From Lama glama (Eukaryota): 64,000 nt of DNA. Position 1 is the first letter of the stretch. Each line of letters starts with the position of its first letter. Both the position numbers and the translations under genes were made by a program. Of this stretch, positions 13,962-26,850 are shown one piece after another. Location of the stretch: NCBI GenBank assembly GCA_028534125.1, contig CM052817.1:72666001-72730000 (forward strand). The letters are read 5' to 3'. The notes under the pieces are model-generated. The model was not told the DNA's origin, made no database searches, and saw only the letters and a list, made by a program, of their open reading frames with translations.

Positions 13962-15220
13962 AGCAAATAATACTGGGAAAACAGGATATCCATATGCAAA
14001 AGAATGAAGTTGCACCCTTGCCTTACACCGTATAAAGAAATGAACTCAAAATGGATCAAAAACCTAACTGTAAAAACTAAAACCATAAAACACTTAGAGA
14101 AAAATTTCATGACACTGGATGTAGCAATGATTCCTTGATATGACACCAAGAACAGACAATAAAAGAAAAAAAATTGGACTTTATCAAAATTAAAACCTTT
14201 TGATTATCAAATGACATTTGATAACTGATAACACATAAAGGGACATTTTCAACAGAGTAGAAAGGCAACACACTGAATGGAAGAAAATATTTGTAAATCA
14301 TATATCTGATAAGAGGTTAATATCCAGAATTTATAAAGGACTCCTACAACTCAACAACAAAACAACAAACATTCCAATTTAAAAATGGACAAAGATTTGA
14401 ATAGATACTTCTCTAAAGAAGATATACAAATGATCAATAAGCACATGAAAAGATGCTCAAAATCACTACTCATTAGGAAGAATGCAAATCAAAACCACAA
14501 TAGATACCATTTCACTTATTAGGATGGCTATTACCCAAAAAACAAAAAATAGTAAGTGCAGCAAGGAAGCGGAGAAATTGGAGCCCTTGTGTGCTGCTGG
14601 TTGAAATGTAAAACACTGCAGCTACTATGGAAAACGTATGGTGATTCTTTAAAAAATTTAAAATAGAATTGCCATATATCCAGCAATTCTACTTCTGAGC
14701 ATATACCGAAAAGAAGTGAAAAGCAGCTACTGGAACAGGTATGTGTCCACCCATGTTCACAGCAGCATTATTCACAATAGCCAAAAAGTGTGAACAGATA
14801 AACAAAATGTGGTATATACGGTGAATACTATTCAGTCTTAAAAAGGAAGAAAATTCTGGCACATGCTAAAAATTGGATAAACCTTTAAGTCATTATGCTA
14901 AGTGAAATAAGCCAGTCAAAAAAGAACACATACTCTATGATACCACACAGATGAGGTACCTAGAGCACTCAAATTTATAGAGACACAAAGTAGAATGGTG
15001 GTTGCCAGGAATTTGGGGGCAGAAAAGTAGGGAGTTATTGCTTAATGGATAAGAAGTTTCAGTTTGGGAAGATGAAAGAAAAAAGTTCGGGAGATGGACA
15101 GGGTGGTGGTTGCAGAACAATGTGAATGTACCTAATGCTACTGAACTGTACACTTGAAAATAATTTAAATGGCAAATTTTATGCTATGCATATTTCACAA
15201 TAAAAAATCAATTTAAAAAA
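13962..15220 (+). mobile_element. LINE-1 3' portion (ORF2 C-terminus plus 3' UTR), L1MB-like
   Basis: aactcaaaatggatcaaa, aatgcaaatcaaaaccaca, atgttcacagcagcattattcacaatagcc; L1MB-type UTR ending ctgaactgtacactt...aataaaaa. Confidence 0.95.
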
Positions 15221-15439
15221 TCTAGATCATTCTAGCCAGACAATAGTTTTAATCAACATATGGCAGTATGATAAGAAAATATTTTAATACCTGTAAAATA
15301 ACAACCATTTTCAAAAACTGGTCCCAGTACACTAACTGAATTTCCCAATGAATGTTACCAATAAAAAACATAAATATAAAAAGAGTCCTTGATCACTTGA
15401 AATACTAGTGATAGCCTATTCTCATGTGGCAGTTACTTA

Positions 15440-15545
15440 AGGATTAGAAAGAACTAAATTCAAATTCTAGCTTTACCACTTATGAAAAATTGAACAAGTA
15501 CTTAGTCTCTTAGTTTCTTCATCTATAAAACCACACTTTTAGGAC
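15440..15545 (+). mobile_element. MIR fragment
   Basis: ttcaaattctagctttaccacttat...aacaagtactta...agtttcttcatctataaaa. Confidence 0.5.
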
Positions 15546-15599
15546 TGCACAGAGAAAGAGAGAGAGAGAGATACATATGCATATATATACCCAGGTAAT

Positions 15600-15929
15600 C
15601 TCAATGACTCATTACAAGTGTTCACGTGGCATTCTTTCTCATGGTTATTCAGAATCCTAGTTCCCTTTACCTTATTTCACCACTATCTACTACAGTTTCC
15701 TCAGAGTCACCCACAAGCTCTTCTGCATTCAACCAGCAAAAATGTTGAGAGTGAGGAAAATCATGTGGGACATTTTATGGAAATGGAGTTCGACACGTCA
15801 ATGAACATTCCATTGACCAGAACCTGATTCCATGGTTCTAATCTACTTGCAGGGTAAGCTGCTAAACAAAGTACTACCTGCCCAGAACAGGAAAGGAGAG
15901 TGGTGGGCACCGAGTCAGTCTCTGTTACA
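15600..15929 (-). mobile_element. MaLR LTR fragment, MLT1J/K-like
   Basis: cattccattgaccagaac...catgg...ctacttgcagggtaagctg...cccagaacaggaaagg...agtctctgttaca. Confidence 0.55.
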
Positions 15930-16929
15930 AACGCAACCTAGGAGAATGTTGTCTCCTATCCCTTAAGGAACATCTGCAAGAATACAATGAGAGAGAGAAA
16001 GCAGATTACTTCTTTTCTTCTTTGATTATTTGATGCCTCCCTGGTGTCAGGTGTTTCTTTCTTTGCACGAAAGATACATTTGTCCTCGGGGTACCCAAAT
16101 GTTTTTCTGGGCTATTTAAAGTCACAAGATAAGCACTGTGTATTTTCTTGGACTATCTTAACTGGTTGGGGCAGTAGGGTAGGGGTGGAGTCAGAGATGA
16201 AATGATTTAATTTGTATATAATTTTAAACTTTAAGTTTATAAAGTAAACTTAAATATGGTATAAAATACAAAATTCACATGAATTTTTAAATAGAGAAAT
16301 CATGAAATTTCAAAGATGTCATATGTGAAGGGGACCCTTTATGCTGAATTTCTCCCCATGACTATATACATGTGTTCATTTTGCTCTAGAATCATCTTAT
16401 CAGAAAGGTATGAGAAGCACTGATCATTCCAGGCAAATATTTTTCATGTGTTTTTAATTATTAAACTGAACCTTTCTACTTCTTGTTGAGTCAAGTATTT
16501 TATGTTTCATATATATAATATACATATATGTATATAATTACTAAATACTAGCATAGTCTGAATATTACACAGTGGATATACAGAAACTTACACTATCATT
16601 ATAACCAAACTGCATTCCCACACCCTCAGTATAAATATACTGACACATTCTTCCGGCTAAAAAGAGTTATCACCCAAATGGTACTATGTCTGCAATGCCA
16701 TCCAACTGTTAAGAGCAGTTCTCTCTTGCACATGTTCAAAGATAGGCAGGTGGAGAGGTGTTGTAAGACAAAGTGTAGGCAAGCCAAGTAACTAGTTCAA
16801 ATTTGTGTCTGTCAACATTTTGGAAGAGGCAGTTTGTCTGGATTTCCAGACTTAAAGCATTTGTTTATTTGATGTGCAGCATAGATAAAGATTTACTCTT
16901 TCAGTTCACATTTTATTATTTGATCTTAG

Positions 16930-17509
16930 AAAAGAAATTCATGTTAATGGTATCTAACAAAACAAGGTAAGATACAGAAAGTGATAATAATTTTCCTCCT
17001 TCTCCATCCACCCTCACCCTGTGTAGCCAATGTTAACATTTTTTCTTGGGGTCATACAAATATATACAAGCATATATGTACATACCATTCTTAGATATTT
17101 TTAATACAAAAATGGAATTGTACCAAATCCACTGCATTTCTCATTTAACATATTACAAACATTTCTCCAGTTCATAAAAGGTGGATCTATTTCATTTCAA
17201 ATTATAGAATTACATCCTCCAATATGATATACCACAACTGATTCAACTTGGACATTCATAGGGTATTTTGCCTGTATATGTGTTTCTTAATCACTACAAA
17301 AGGATTCTGCAATAAATAGCCTTGTATAGATGCCTCTACACAATGGATCTTTTATTTCTTATTATAAGCTAGATTTTTCAAAGAGCCAATGAATATATTT
17401 ATTTCTAATTTTAAAATTATCTATTTAATATGCACTTATGTGTTCTTTAACTCTACTTGGCTGGTCTACTTGTCCTTCCCTAGGCCAGTAACACATTGTT
17501 TTGATCAGA
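16930..17509 (-). mobile_element. Ancient L1 (L1ME-like) fragments
   Basis: tacaaaaatggaattgtac, tataccacaactgatt, ctgcaataaatagccttgta, ccagtaacacattgttttgat. Confidence 0.5.
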
Positions 17510-18501
17510 GTGTGGCAGAGATGACAACTGCTCATCGGTATCTATGTTTTCCTCATCTTCCTGGGTTCACCACTAGAAGACATTTCTCATTCTTCCTGCA
17601 TTTAGGTGAGGCCACATGATTAGTGACTACTCACCAAGGAAGTTTAGAAAAAGTGGGACTTCATCTTTTTGCCACTCACTAGATGAATGAAGACTCTGAA
17701 GTGAAGGAAGAGTCATAACACAGAAGGAACAGAGGGGTGCTGGTTTGTCAATGCAGTGCCTTTCAGCACCAAATCTACCCCTCTTTGCCCTGCTTTGCTA
17801 CCCAGGAGCTGAACTGTGTAAACAAACACTTCAACTTGGACAGTTGGCACAAGGTTAAGCTTGTCAGCAGGTGTCAGAGGGACATGCTAAGATGTAGGGG
17901 CTTCTCATCTTGGTTCCAAGGTGGGTTTTCCTATTGACTGGTGCAGCCCTTGGCAGGAAACAGCACGTCAAACACCTAGTGGCTCTCACTCTCCCTGCAA
18001 GCTTCCCTGGCGCCTCCACAAGCAGCTTCTCTGTGAGTCTTCCTGGCACAGCAGGCAGTGTCCTGCTTGCCAGCCCCAGCCTGTGGCCTCTCAGCAGACC
18101 TTTTCACCTTCCCATGGGCCACAGCCACAATTTCTCCAAAGAGCTCTGATTCAGCTTTGGGGATGCTGAGGGGAGGGTCTACCAAGTTTACTCCTTCTTT
18201 GAGTACTCTGCCTTAGCCTTTAGAGGTAGTGACTACTCCTCATATCTGCTATTCCTCTATTCTTCAGAGTTCTCTCTACACCTTAGATGTTAATCCCACT
18301 AGTGAATAAATCTCCAGTTTAAATTTTCCTCATTCAAATTACTGGTGTAGTTCCAGCCTCCTTAATGATATAGCATATCCCTGACTGATGGCTAGAAAAG
18401 AGACTTCCGCCCTCATCATCTGATACAAGAGTATGAACTAACTGTGTCTGGCTGCTAAAACTTGAGGGTTGGTGGGCATAGCAATTAGACTACCTTGCAC
18501 A
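17510..18501 (+). mobile_element. MaLR LTR (MLT1I/J-like) split by an ERVL LTR
   Basis: Starts tgtggcagaga...catttctcattcttcctgcatttaggtgaggccacatgat; resumes near 18372 and ends near ccttgcaca. Confidence 0.55.
17738..18371 (+). mobile_element. ERVL solo LTR, LTR33/LTR41-like
   Basis: Start tgctggtttgtcaat...cagcaccaaatctacccctctttgccctgctttg; end ttaaattttcctcattcaaattactggtgtagtt. Confidence 0.7.
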
Positions 18502-19228
18502 GTCAAATTACAGAATTATGGTAGCAGTTAACATTTGGTAAACCAATTACTCTAGGCTCCTCTTTTTCAAACTGATATAGCTAATTTCAGACAGTAATAC
18601 TTTGATATGAAAAATTTTACTTTAATTCATTCCAGTAAATGAAAATTCCTCTCTACTGGAATTCTGACTGAGATGATATATTTATGAAATTTAATATTTT
18701 TATAATATTAACTATTTTCCCTGGGAAACAAGTCTCTATATTAGTTTAAGGTTTATATATGTCCTCCGGTAATGTTTTTTAATTTTTTTTCAAACAGGAA
18801 ATACCATGCTTGTTAAATTGCTTTTATCCCTACTTCAAGTGAGAGCTCTTTCTGTTTCCATTTTTAAATTGTTCTTCTCAATCCAAAGAATTTCTATAGA
18901 TTTTTGCATATTGATTGTTTTATCTAGCCAATCTGCCAAATTTTCTTTAAATTTTAGTAAGTTTTTAAGAAAATCTTTTGGATTTTTATCATCTAAAATA
19001 GAGATAAATCAATCTAATATTTATATTATTGTTTCACTTCTTATTGCACTAGCCAAAATTTCTTTAAAAGCATTTACATAGGGATGAAAGTGAGTATCCC
19101 AATATTTGTCCTGTTTTTTCTGAAAATAGCTTAATATTATGTCATTTATTTTGTTATTTACTGTTGAGATAAAATTAACTTGTTCTCTTCCTTTTCACTT
19201 AGAGTTTTAGATAAGAAAGAGTCGCTGG

Positions 19229-20918
19229 CTACCCAAGGCAATCAACAGATTTAATGCAATCCCTATTAAATTACCCAGGACATATTTCACAGAAATAGAA
19301 CAAATCATAATAAAATTTATATGGAACTACAAAAGACCTAGAATTGCCAAAGCATTACTGAAGAGAAAGAAAGAGGCTGGAAGAATAACTCTCCCAGACT
19401 TAAGACAATACTATAGAGCTACAGTAATCAAGACAGCATGGTATTGGTACAAAAATAGACATATGAACCAATGGAACAGAATAGAGAACCCAGAAATGAA
19501 CCCATAAACTTCTGGTCAACTAATCTTCGACAAAGGAGGCAAGAATATACAATGGAATACAGACAGTCTCTTCAGCAAATGGTGTGGGGAAAACCGGACA
19601 GCAGGATGTAAATCAATGAAGCTAGAACATTCCCTTACACCATACACAAAAATAAACTCAAAATGGATCAAAGACTTAAACATAAGACAAGATAAAATAA
19701 ACCTCCTAGAATAAAATAGAGGCAAAACATTACCTCACATGTATCTCAAAAATGCTCTCCTAGGGCAGTCTACCCAAGCAATAGAACTAAAAGCAAGAAT
19801 AAATAAATGGGACCCAATTAAACTTACAAGCTTCTGCAGAGCAAAGGAAATCTTTAAGTAAAACAAAAAGACAATCTACGGAATGGGAGAAAATTTTTGC
19901 AAACGATGAAACTGACAAACACTTGATCTCCAGAATATACAAGCAGCTCGTGTGACATAATAAGAAAAAAACAACCCAATCCAAAAATGGGCAGAAGACC
20001 TAAACAAGCAATTTTCCAAGGAAGACATACAAATGATCAATAGGCACATGAAAAAATGCTCAATATCACTAATTATCAGAGGAATGCAAATCAAAACTAC
20101 GATGAGGTATCACCTCACACCAGTCACAACGGCCATCATTCAAAAGTCCATAAATGACAAATGCTGGCGAGGCTGTGGAGAAAAGGGAACCCTCCTACAC
20201 TGCTGGTGGGAATGCAGTTTGATGCTTCCACTGTGGAAAACAGTAAGGAGATTCCTCAAAAGACTAGGAATAGACTTACCATATGACCCAGGAATCCCAC
20301 TCCTGGGCATATATCCAGAAGGAACCCTATTTCAAAAAGACATCTGCACCCTAATGTTCATAGCAGCACTATTTACAATGGCCAAGACATGGAAACAGCC
20401 TAAATGTCCATCAACAGGTGACTGGATAAAGAAGAGGTGATATATTTATACAATGGAATACCATTCAGCCATAAAAAACAACAACATAACACCATTTGCA
20501 GCAACATGGATGTCCCCAGGGAATGTCATTCTAAGTGAAGCAAGCCAGAATGAGAAAGAAAAATGTCATATGAGATCATTCATATGTGGAATCAAAAAAA
20601 AATGAACATAAATACAAACCAGAAACAGATTCATAGACATAGAATACAAACTTGTGATTGCCGAGGGGGAGGGGAGTGGGAAGGGATAGCCTGAGATTTC
20701 AGAATTTGCAGATACTGACAGGTATATGCAGAATAGATAAACAAGATTATACTGTATAGCACAGGGAAATATATACACTGTCTTGTGGTAGATCACAGAG
20801 AAAAAAATGTGAGAATGAATATATGTATGTTCATGTATAACTGAAAAATTGTGCTCTACACTGGAATTTGACACAACACTGTAAAATGACTATAGCTCAA
20901 TAAAAAATGTTTAAAAAA
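19229..20918 (+). mobile_element. Young lineage-specific LINE-1, 5'-truncated, with 13-bp TSD
   Basis: ORF2 sequence, 3' UTR, aataaa and A-tail; TSD aaagagtcgctgg at 19216-19228 and aaagagttgctgg at 20919-20931. Confidence 0.97.
20033..20440 (+). pseudogene. L1 ORF2p C-terminal remnant with CCHC knuckle
   Basis: Translation [13 protein letters not shown]...[18 protein letters not shown]...[20 protein letters not shown]; premature stop; element lacks its 5' part. Confidence 0.95.
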
Positions 20919-22179
20919 AAAGAGTTGCTGGGTTTTATTAAGTGTCTTTCAACATTCGTTGGTATAATAATATAGATTGCTATTTAATTGGTTGATTTAA
21001 GGAATTAGATTTCCTCACAGTAACAATGGGCCTCTACTAGCCACAACTCTCTTTCATAGGATCCAAGGCATGCTCCTCACCTTGAAATTGTCCACAGAAG
21101 ACTGAGTTGGGAGGAGGAACCACAGAACTCCAAGTGTTCAGCATGACACCTTGCTCCCTTAACTCAGCACTGACAACACAACTGTAGGGTACTCAGCACT
21201 CCCCACTGTCCCAGTGAAGCCACTCACTCTTCATCCGCAAGAACTCCTAACATCACCAGTGCAATTGCTTAACAAAGAATCCTTTGAAGGATGATATAAT
21301 TAGATCTGACCATCTACGTGTTCCTGAGAGAACTTTAAGACTAATGCCATCATGTCCTATATCCCTTGTTAAGCTAGTCCCATCACTGAAAGTCAAAGTA
21401 CCCCACATTCCTTAGGCTATCTTAATTCCCAGACTCTTAGCCCCTCACAGCTGCACAGATCACCTAATTTGAATCAAGCTCTTAGTCCTGCTAGGACCTG
21501 CAGAGCCACTTGCCATAACTCTTACCTTGAAACTTACCGGGATATTCTTTGAGAATTTTACATTGATCTTTCAAGTTACCTTCACCCAAATCTATAACAT
21601 GTGGTGTAGCAATCTCTCCATGTTTAACACAACATACTTACTTTTGTGGGGAGTACTAACTAGGAAGAATGTGTGCAGATTTAAGAGACCACTTTACATT
21701 AATCTCCTTAATCTTTCTATTGGAAGTCATCCCAGTCTGCGCTCCATGATCTTCATCTCATTCCTCTGTTAAATTTCTCTGGGACAAATTCATAGTTTCT
21801 GAAGAGTGACAACTAAAATCTACCTGTCCCCCAACTTTTCTAGTCCCTTCTTTAAAGAGAGTTTAATCCTCGGTATGTTTCCTCTTTTTTTCTCCTCTTT
21901 TTCCAATTTATACTGGACTTTAATATCCTATTTTCCCTTTTCTGTCTCTGTGTCTTTGAGGATCATGGCTTTCTCTTACAGAACTGCTTCTGTGCTTTTA
22001 ATTTAGTCAGTCTTATTTCCTCATTTTGTTTGCAAAAGACTGTTCTTTTGCAATCTCCTCCTGCTCTTGTTATGATGGTAAGATTGAAACATGTATTTCA
22101 AATCACTTTAGTTCATCTTTGATATTCTGAACAAAAGCTGATCCTTAAAAATAAAAATCAAACCTGTTTTTATAGTTTT

Positions 22180-22885
22180 TGTTAATAAACTTTTGATTTA
22201 AAAACAGCCTAGATTCAGAAAGAAGCATGTAAATAAATAGTTTGATGACTTATTGCAAAATGAACATATGATACAACCATTATTACCCAGGGCAAAAACT
22301 AGATTACCCCCAGCACCCAGACAACCCTATTTTGCCACCTGCCAATCACACCCACCCCTTACTTAACTACTTTGATTTCTAACTCCATTCCCTATTTTTT
22401 AACTTCACACAAATTAAATTTTATAGCATTTTTTTTATATTTCTGGCTTCTTTTACTCAATGTAATATTTAGAAAATGCACTCATGTTGTTGCATGTAGC
22501 AGTAATTTATTTCTATTGCTGTAAAGTAATCAATTTTATAAATATACCAAGATTGAGGTTGGGAGTATAGCCCAGTGGTAAGGTGTGTGCTTAGCATACA
22601 TGGAGGTCCTGGGTTTGATCCCCAGCACCTCCATTAAAACACACACAAAATATACCAAGATACATCTATATCCATTTTTTATTAGTGAACATTTATAATT
22701 GAAGGATAATTGTTTTTACGAGCAATTTAGATTTTATAAATTCTACCTATAGCTACAAGAGACTATCTTCCCTCTGGACTATTACAAATAATGCTTCTTT
22801 GAGTATTCCTGTACGTCTCTTTCAGTTGGAATATAGATTCAAATTTGTTGAAAACATACCTAAGGAGCAGAATTGCTGTTCACAA
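22180..22885 (-). mobile_element. Ancient L1 3' end (L1ME-like), interrupted by a SINE
   Basis: tctggcttcttttactcaa, catgttgttgcatgtagcagta, ggactattacaaataatgct, catacctaaggagcagaattgctg. Confidence 0.75.
22554..22647 (+). mobile_element. tRNA-derived SINE (camelid Vic-1-like) with 14-bp TSD
   Basis: A box tagcccagtgg, B-box-like ggtttgatccc, cttagcat loop, A/CA tail; TSD aaatataccaagat at 22540-22553 and 22648-22661. Confidence 0.9.
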
Positions 22886-23119
22886 GGATCCACTGAGCCA
22901 GGATCTAGGTGGTGCAATTTCATGCACAAGACTTTGGTATACTTTCAAAAAGTTAAATAATAACTTTTTTTAACAAGTATATATCCCAGAGAGATATAAC
23001 TGACCTAAAAAAATCACATCCTACAGAAGCAAGTACTATGATTGTTGCTGAACATTTCCCAATGTATTGGCAGAAATATTACTAAGACTTGAAAAGGCAA
23101 TTAACCATATATCACAGTT

Positions 23120-23300
23120 TGAAAAACTCAGACTATAGAGGGCCTTAATGGTCAGGCTATGATGTTTGCATTATATTCTCTGAATAATGGACACTGAACA
23201 GCAGAGTGATGGACACTGAACAACAGAGTGATCTGGTCAAAGTGATACTCTAAGGACACATTCTGGCAGAATGAATAGAGTAGAATAAAGTGTGAATTTA
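23120..23300 (-). mobile_element. L2 fragment containing a 22-bp tandem duplication
   Basis: gactatagagggcctt...caggctatgatgtttgcattatattct...gcagagtgat; atggacactgaaca(g/a)cagagtg occurs twice. Confidence 0.5.
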
Positions 23301-24739
23301 AGTGCACCATTTAAAAGCTGCTTCATAGTGGTCTCTTTCTAGAGACTTTAAAACATGGGGGAGATAAAAGGAGAGCTTTAGAACTGTTGCACCAAAAATG
23401 AATCCAGAAATGAATCTTCTTTTGTAGTAGTTTCATCACATTTAAATGCAACAAGAATGCCACCATCAGGTTTTTCCCAGGTTAAATTCATCTCACAACT
23501 TCTAGTCCTAATTTCAAGTTTGGTTCCAATATTGTATGACTATCTAAGACCAAACTGATTGAGTTAAAAAGGAAAGCAAAATGTTATTCCTTTTAAAAAT
23601 GACAATTACCAGAAGGCTTAGCAGAAAAAAAAAAGATTATCCTTCAAAAGCACAGCAGGCATGCACAGAATTGTTCTAACAATTTTATTCATGCGAATAA
23701 AGTCACTGTATTTCTACTCTATGAGGGAGTTTCTCAAATTACTCAAAATCTTGCTTTGGGTGTCTTTGCTTTTAGAAGCCCAGGAGGTACTCGTGGAGGA
23801 TAATTGCTACCTTCCCACAGAGATGAGAACAGAACCCTTTAAGAATTTCTTCAAATGCTTCCACAGAAGCACAACGCTCACCTTAGTGTTGGTCTAGTCA
23901 CTATGTGAACACCATTATCATTTCCAGCTGGGAAACATCAACTCCAAATCATTTCTAAGAACTTAATCCAGATTATGGCAGATGTTTTGGGTCGTATATT
24001 TTTTAAATAAACTACAAAATACAATAATAGCCATCTGTTTTAGAAGTTTCTGTTTATTGTTTTCTATGGAGTAACAAGCAAAAATACTGTTGTCACGGAA
24101 AACTCTGAAAGGCAGAAAATTTTGCTTTTAAACTAACATTGAAATTAGCAGATCAGTCATTTTGAATAATCAGATTTGTTTTTTAAAAGTCTGGTTATAA
24201 TTTTTTTATTAAACTGTCTAGTTTTATTGGCATCACTATTGTCTCAAGCCATTAATAACTGAAGAAGAGTATTATAAAATTTTAAAATTTATATAAACTG
24301 AAAATAGCTTCCCACTGACATATATATAATGTGCTGACATATATGATAAAGATTTTATTTAAACTTCCACTTAAAATGGCAGTGGGTTGGCAGCCCCACA
24401 AATTGACCTCTCACAACTTCCCACTTGAAATATATTCATACTGACAGAAATGATATTGCTGGAATTTGGGAGGAATTTTTACAAACAATAAGATTGATCT
24501 AACTGTATAGAGAGAAAAATATCTGCCTACCCAAAAGAATGGAGGAAGAAAATATATTCTCTTTCATTGTCTTCCTATGGATTCAGAACTCTACAGAATG
24601 TATCTTTGCTTCCAGACCATTCTTACTTTCACCCTTCATAAAGAACCCGCTCTTTGAGACTCATGCATTTTTGTTATACTCTCTGCCCCTTTCTTGTTGC
24701 TATAGTCAAATGAAATGGATGCCTGTGTCACCTGGCCCA

Positions 24740-25090
24740 CAGTCTTCTTCTCCACGTTAAAGCCTGCCATCCCCCTGAAGGGCTTCGGTGTTCCAGCAAA
24801 ACCAGCCCTGCAGTTAGTTACCTGGTCTACCGGTTCCAAGTAACCTTCTCTTCCACTTCCAACTCAGATACCCACAACCCAAATCCGTTTTTGTTATCAT
24901 CCACAATTGTTCCACCTCCAAAAGCACTCATTCAAGTATTTTGCTTTCTCACTACAACTTCTCCTTCCACCTTGTTCAACTTCTCCCCTGAAACAATGTT
25001 TTGGCCTCGTTAGACCACCAGCCCACGGATGTATCTACAGGGCTCTTCCAACATGTAAATGATCTCCTTTCTTTCATAGCACTCTTGCCA
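24740..25090 (+). mobile_element. Degenerate L2 fragments
   Basis: Pyrimidine-rich; ttctcccctgaaac...ggatgtatctacagggctcttccaacatgt. Confidence 0.35.
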
Positions 25091-25959
25091 GATCCCAATC
25101 ACCTTAAACACCTGACTTCAAACCCTAAAATCTAGATAAAAGCAAAACCAAATGTATTTAACAAAGTTTGATGGAAAGAGGAGAAAAAGACGAAAGGCAA
25201 AGCCCTCCGCTACTCAGCTTTATATCTTCCCCCTCCTAGTCAAGCATCTTCAAGATCCATTACTATCTATTTTTTTTTCTGCTTCCTGCTGGTAAATATG
25301 AGCCATACCCTGCAGCACACACCACCTGAAGAAGCAGTACTTCCTGGGACAGACCACACTGAGACCTGGCTCCACTGGCTTAGAAAAATTAAGGGTAAGT
25401 AGTAAAAGAGCATGAGAAGAATAAACATATTTTTCAAGAAATCTGCTTCAGATAGGCCTTTGCCTCCATGCTATCCTCTAGCAGGAGGAGGTGGTTAGCC
25501 AGCCTGAGATTTTCACAGGAATCTATGGGTTTGTGGTTCTCAAGAGCATCTGCCCAAATGTCCCTATACCAGGTCTTTGACTTTAGCATCTGAGACCAGC
25601 TAGGACTATTAATTCAATCTCTTGTAACTCTGCCAATCTTATCATCAAATGTCAGGCCTCGTTTTCAGTACAGGTGGCTCTCTAGTTGCAGGAGATGAGA
25701 CTCTTTAAATGTTGCTCTGTAAGCTTTCTGCTGAAGTGCCTTAAACAAGTAGTTATTCTCTCTGACCCTGTCATTCTTTTTGTGTGAAACTTCTGTAGCA
25801 GTAAACAGATGCAAATCATCTCCATTATTGTTACAATAAACACAGTGCCCCAACTCTTTCAAGTGCTAAAGCTATCACATAAACCAGCACTTCCCGTTCT
25901 TCTGTGTTCCATCCTTGTTCCCTAACCACTGCACACAGTATGAAAATTCAGTCATGTAG

Positions 25960-26850
25960 TAAGACACAAAGTGAATATATCAACTTATACATAGAAAAAA
26001 TAATCAATTAGAAGACACAGTGGGGAGAATATCTCATTTATAATACCAATAAAAAGAGATTTCCTTAAATGCCTGCTATGTAAATTAGCATTAGGTCTGG
26101 CTACATGCAACATAAAACCCAAATAAACAGTGGCTGAGACACACAAGTGGTTATTGTTTAATGTGAAAAGTCCACTGGTCAGAAGCCCAAGACTAGAGTA
26201 GCAGTTCCACAGATCCCTAAGGGTCCCGGGCTCCTTCCAGCTTTCTGGTCCAGCCGTAGTGTCCCATTCTTACCGTAAGAAAGAGGAAAAAGAACAAGGC
26301 TTCTCCTTTAAAGAACACGCCTCAAAACTGCACTTATCACCTCCATTTATATCGCACTGTCCAAAACTTAGGCAAGACCAAGCTTGACTACAAGGGAAGC
26401 TGAAAAATAAAGCTTTCTATCTTGGGTAGCCAAGTGCCAGCTAAAATTCAGGGCTTCCACTGCAGACAAAGAAGGAGAGAAATGATACTGGGGACAACTA
26501 CAAGTCTCTGTCACACCTTGGAACATCTAAGAAGAAATATTAAGCTCTCCAAAGAAATACTTTTTAATTGCCTGAGAGATACAAAAGAAGATCCAAACAA
26601 ATGAAAGAGTACATCATTTTCTTGGGTAAGCAAAGAGAAACTTTACCTAATAAAATTTAGGCAAATAAGTTGTAATAGCCATGAATTTTAATGTCTCAAA
26701 TAGTGTAACACCACCATACATAAAACAAGACTGTCAAATATATGAGTAAATAACAGAAACACAATTATAGTAATAAATTACAACCTTTGCCAGAGCAAAT
26801 AAACAAAAATAAGGTTATAACTATTTTTAATAATAGAATAAATAACATCC
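25960..26850 (+). mobile_element. Ancient L1 ORF2 fragments split by MLT1J
   Basis: aatcaattagaaga...ctcatttataataccaataaaaa, then cttggaacatctaagaagaaat...aaaagaagatccaaacaaatgaaagag. Confidence 0.55.
26079..26515 (-). mobile_element. MaLR solo LTR, MLT1J-like
   Basis: tg...ttaggtctggctacatgcaacataaaacccaaataaacagtggct, cccgggctccttccagcttt, acaagggaagctgaaaaat, gtctctgtcaca. Confidence 0.75.

Larger units (their letters stand above)
18510..21020 (-). mobile_element. Ancient L1 ORF2 fragment, interrupted by a young L1 at 19229-20918
   Basis: gatttttgcatattgattgttttatctagcc and cttattgcactagcc; the reverse L1 sequence reads through the insertion site (agagttttagataagaaagagtcgctgg then gttttattaagtgtctttc). 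Confidence 0.7.

Noticed and set aside
22554..22647. Functional tRNA-Ala gene (also 32234-32343)
   Set aside because: Degenerate stems, A-rich tails and TSDs indicate retroposed SINEs
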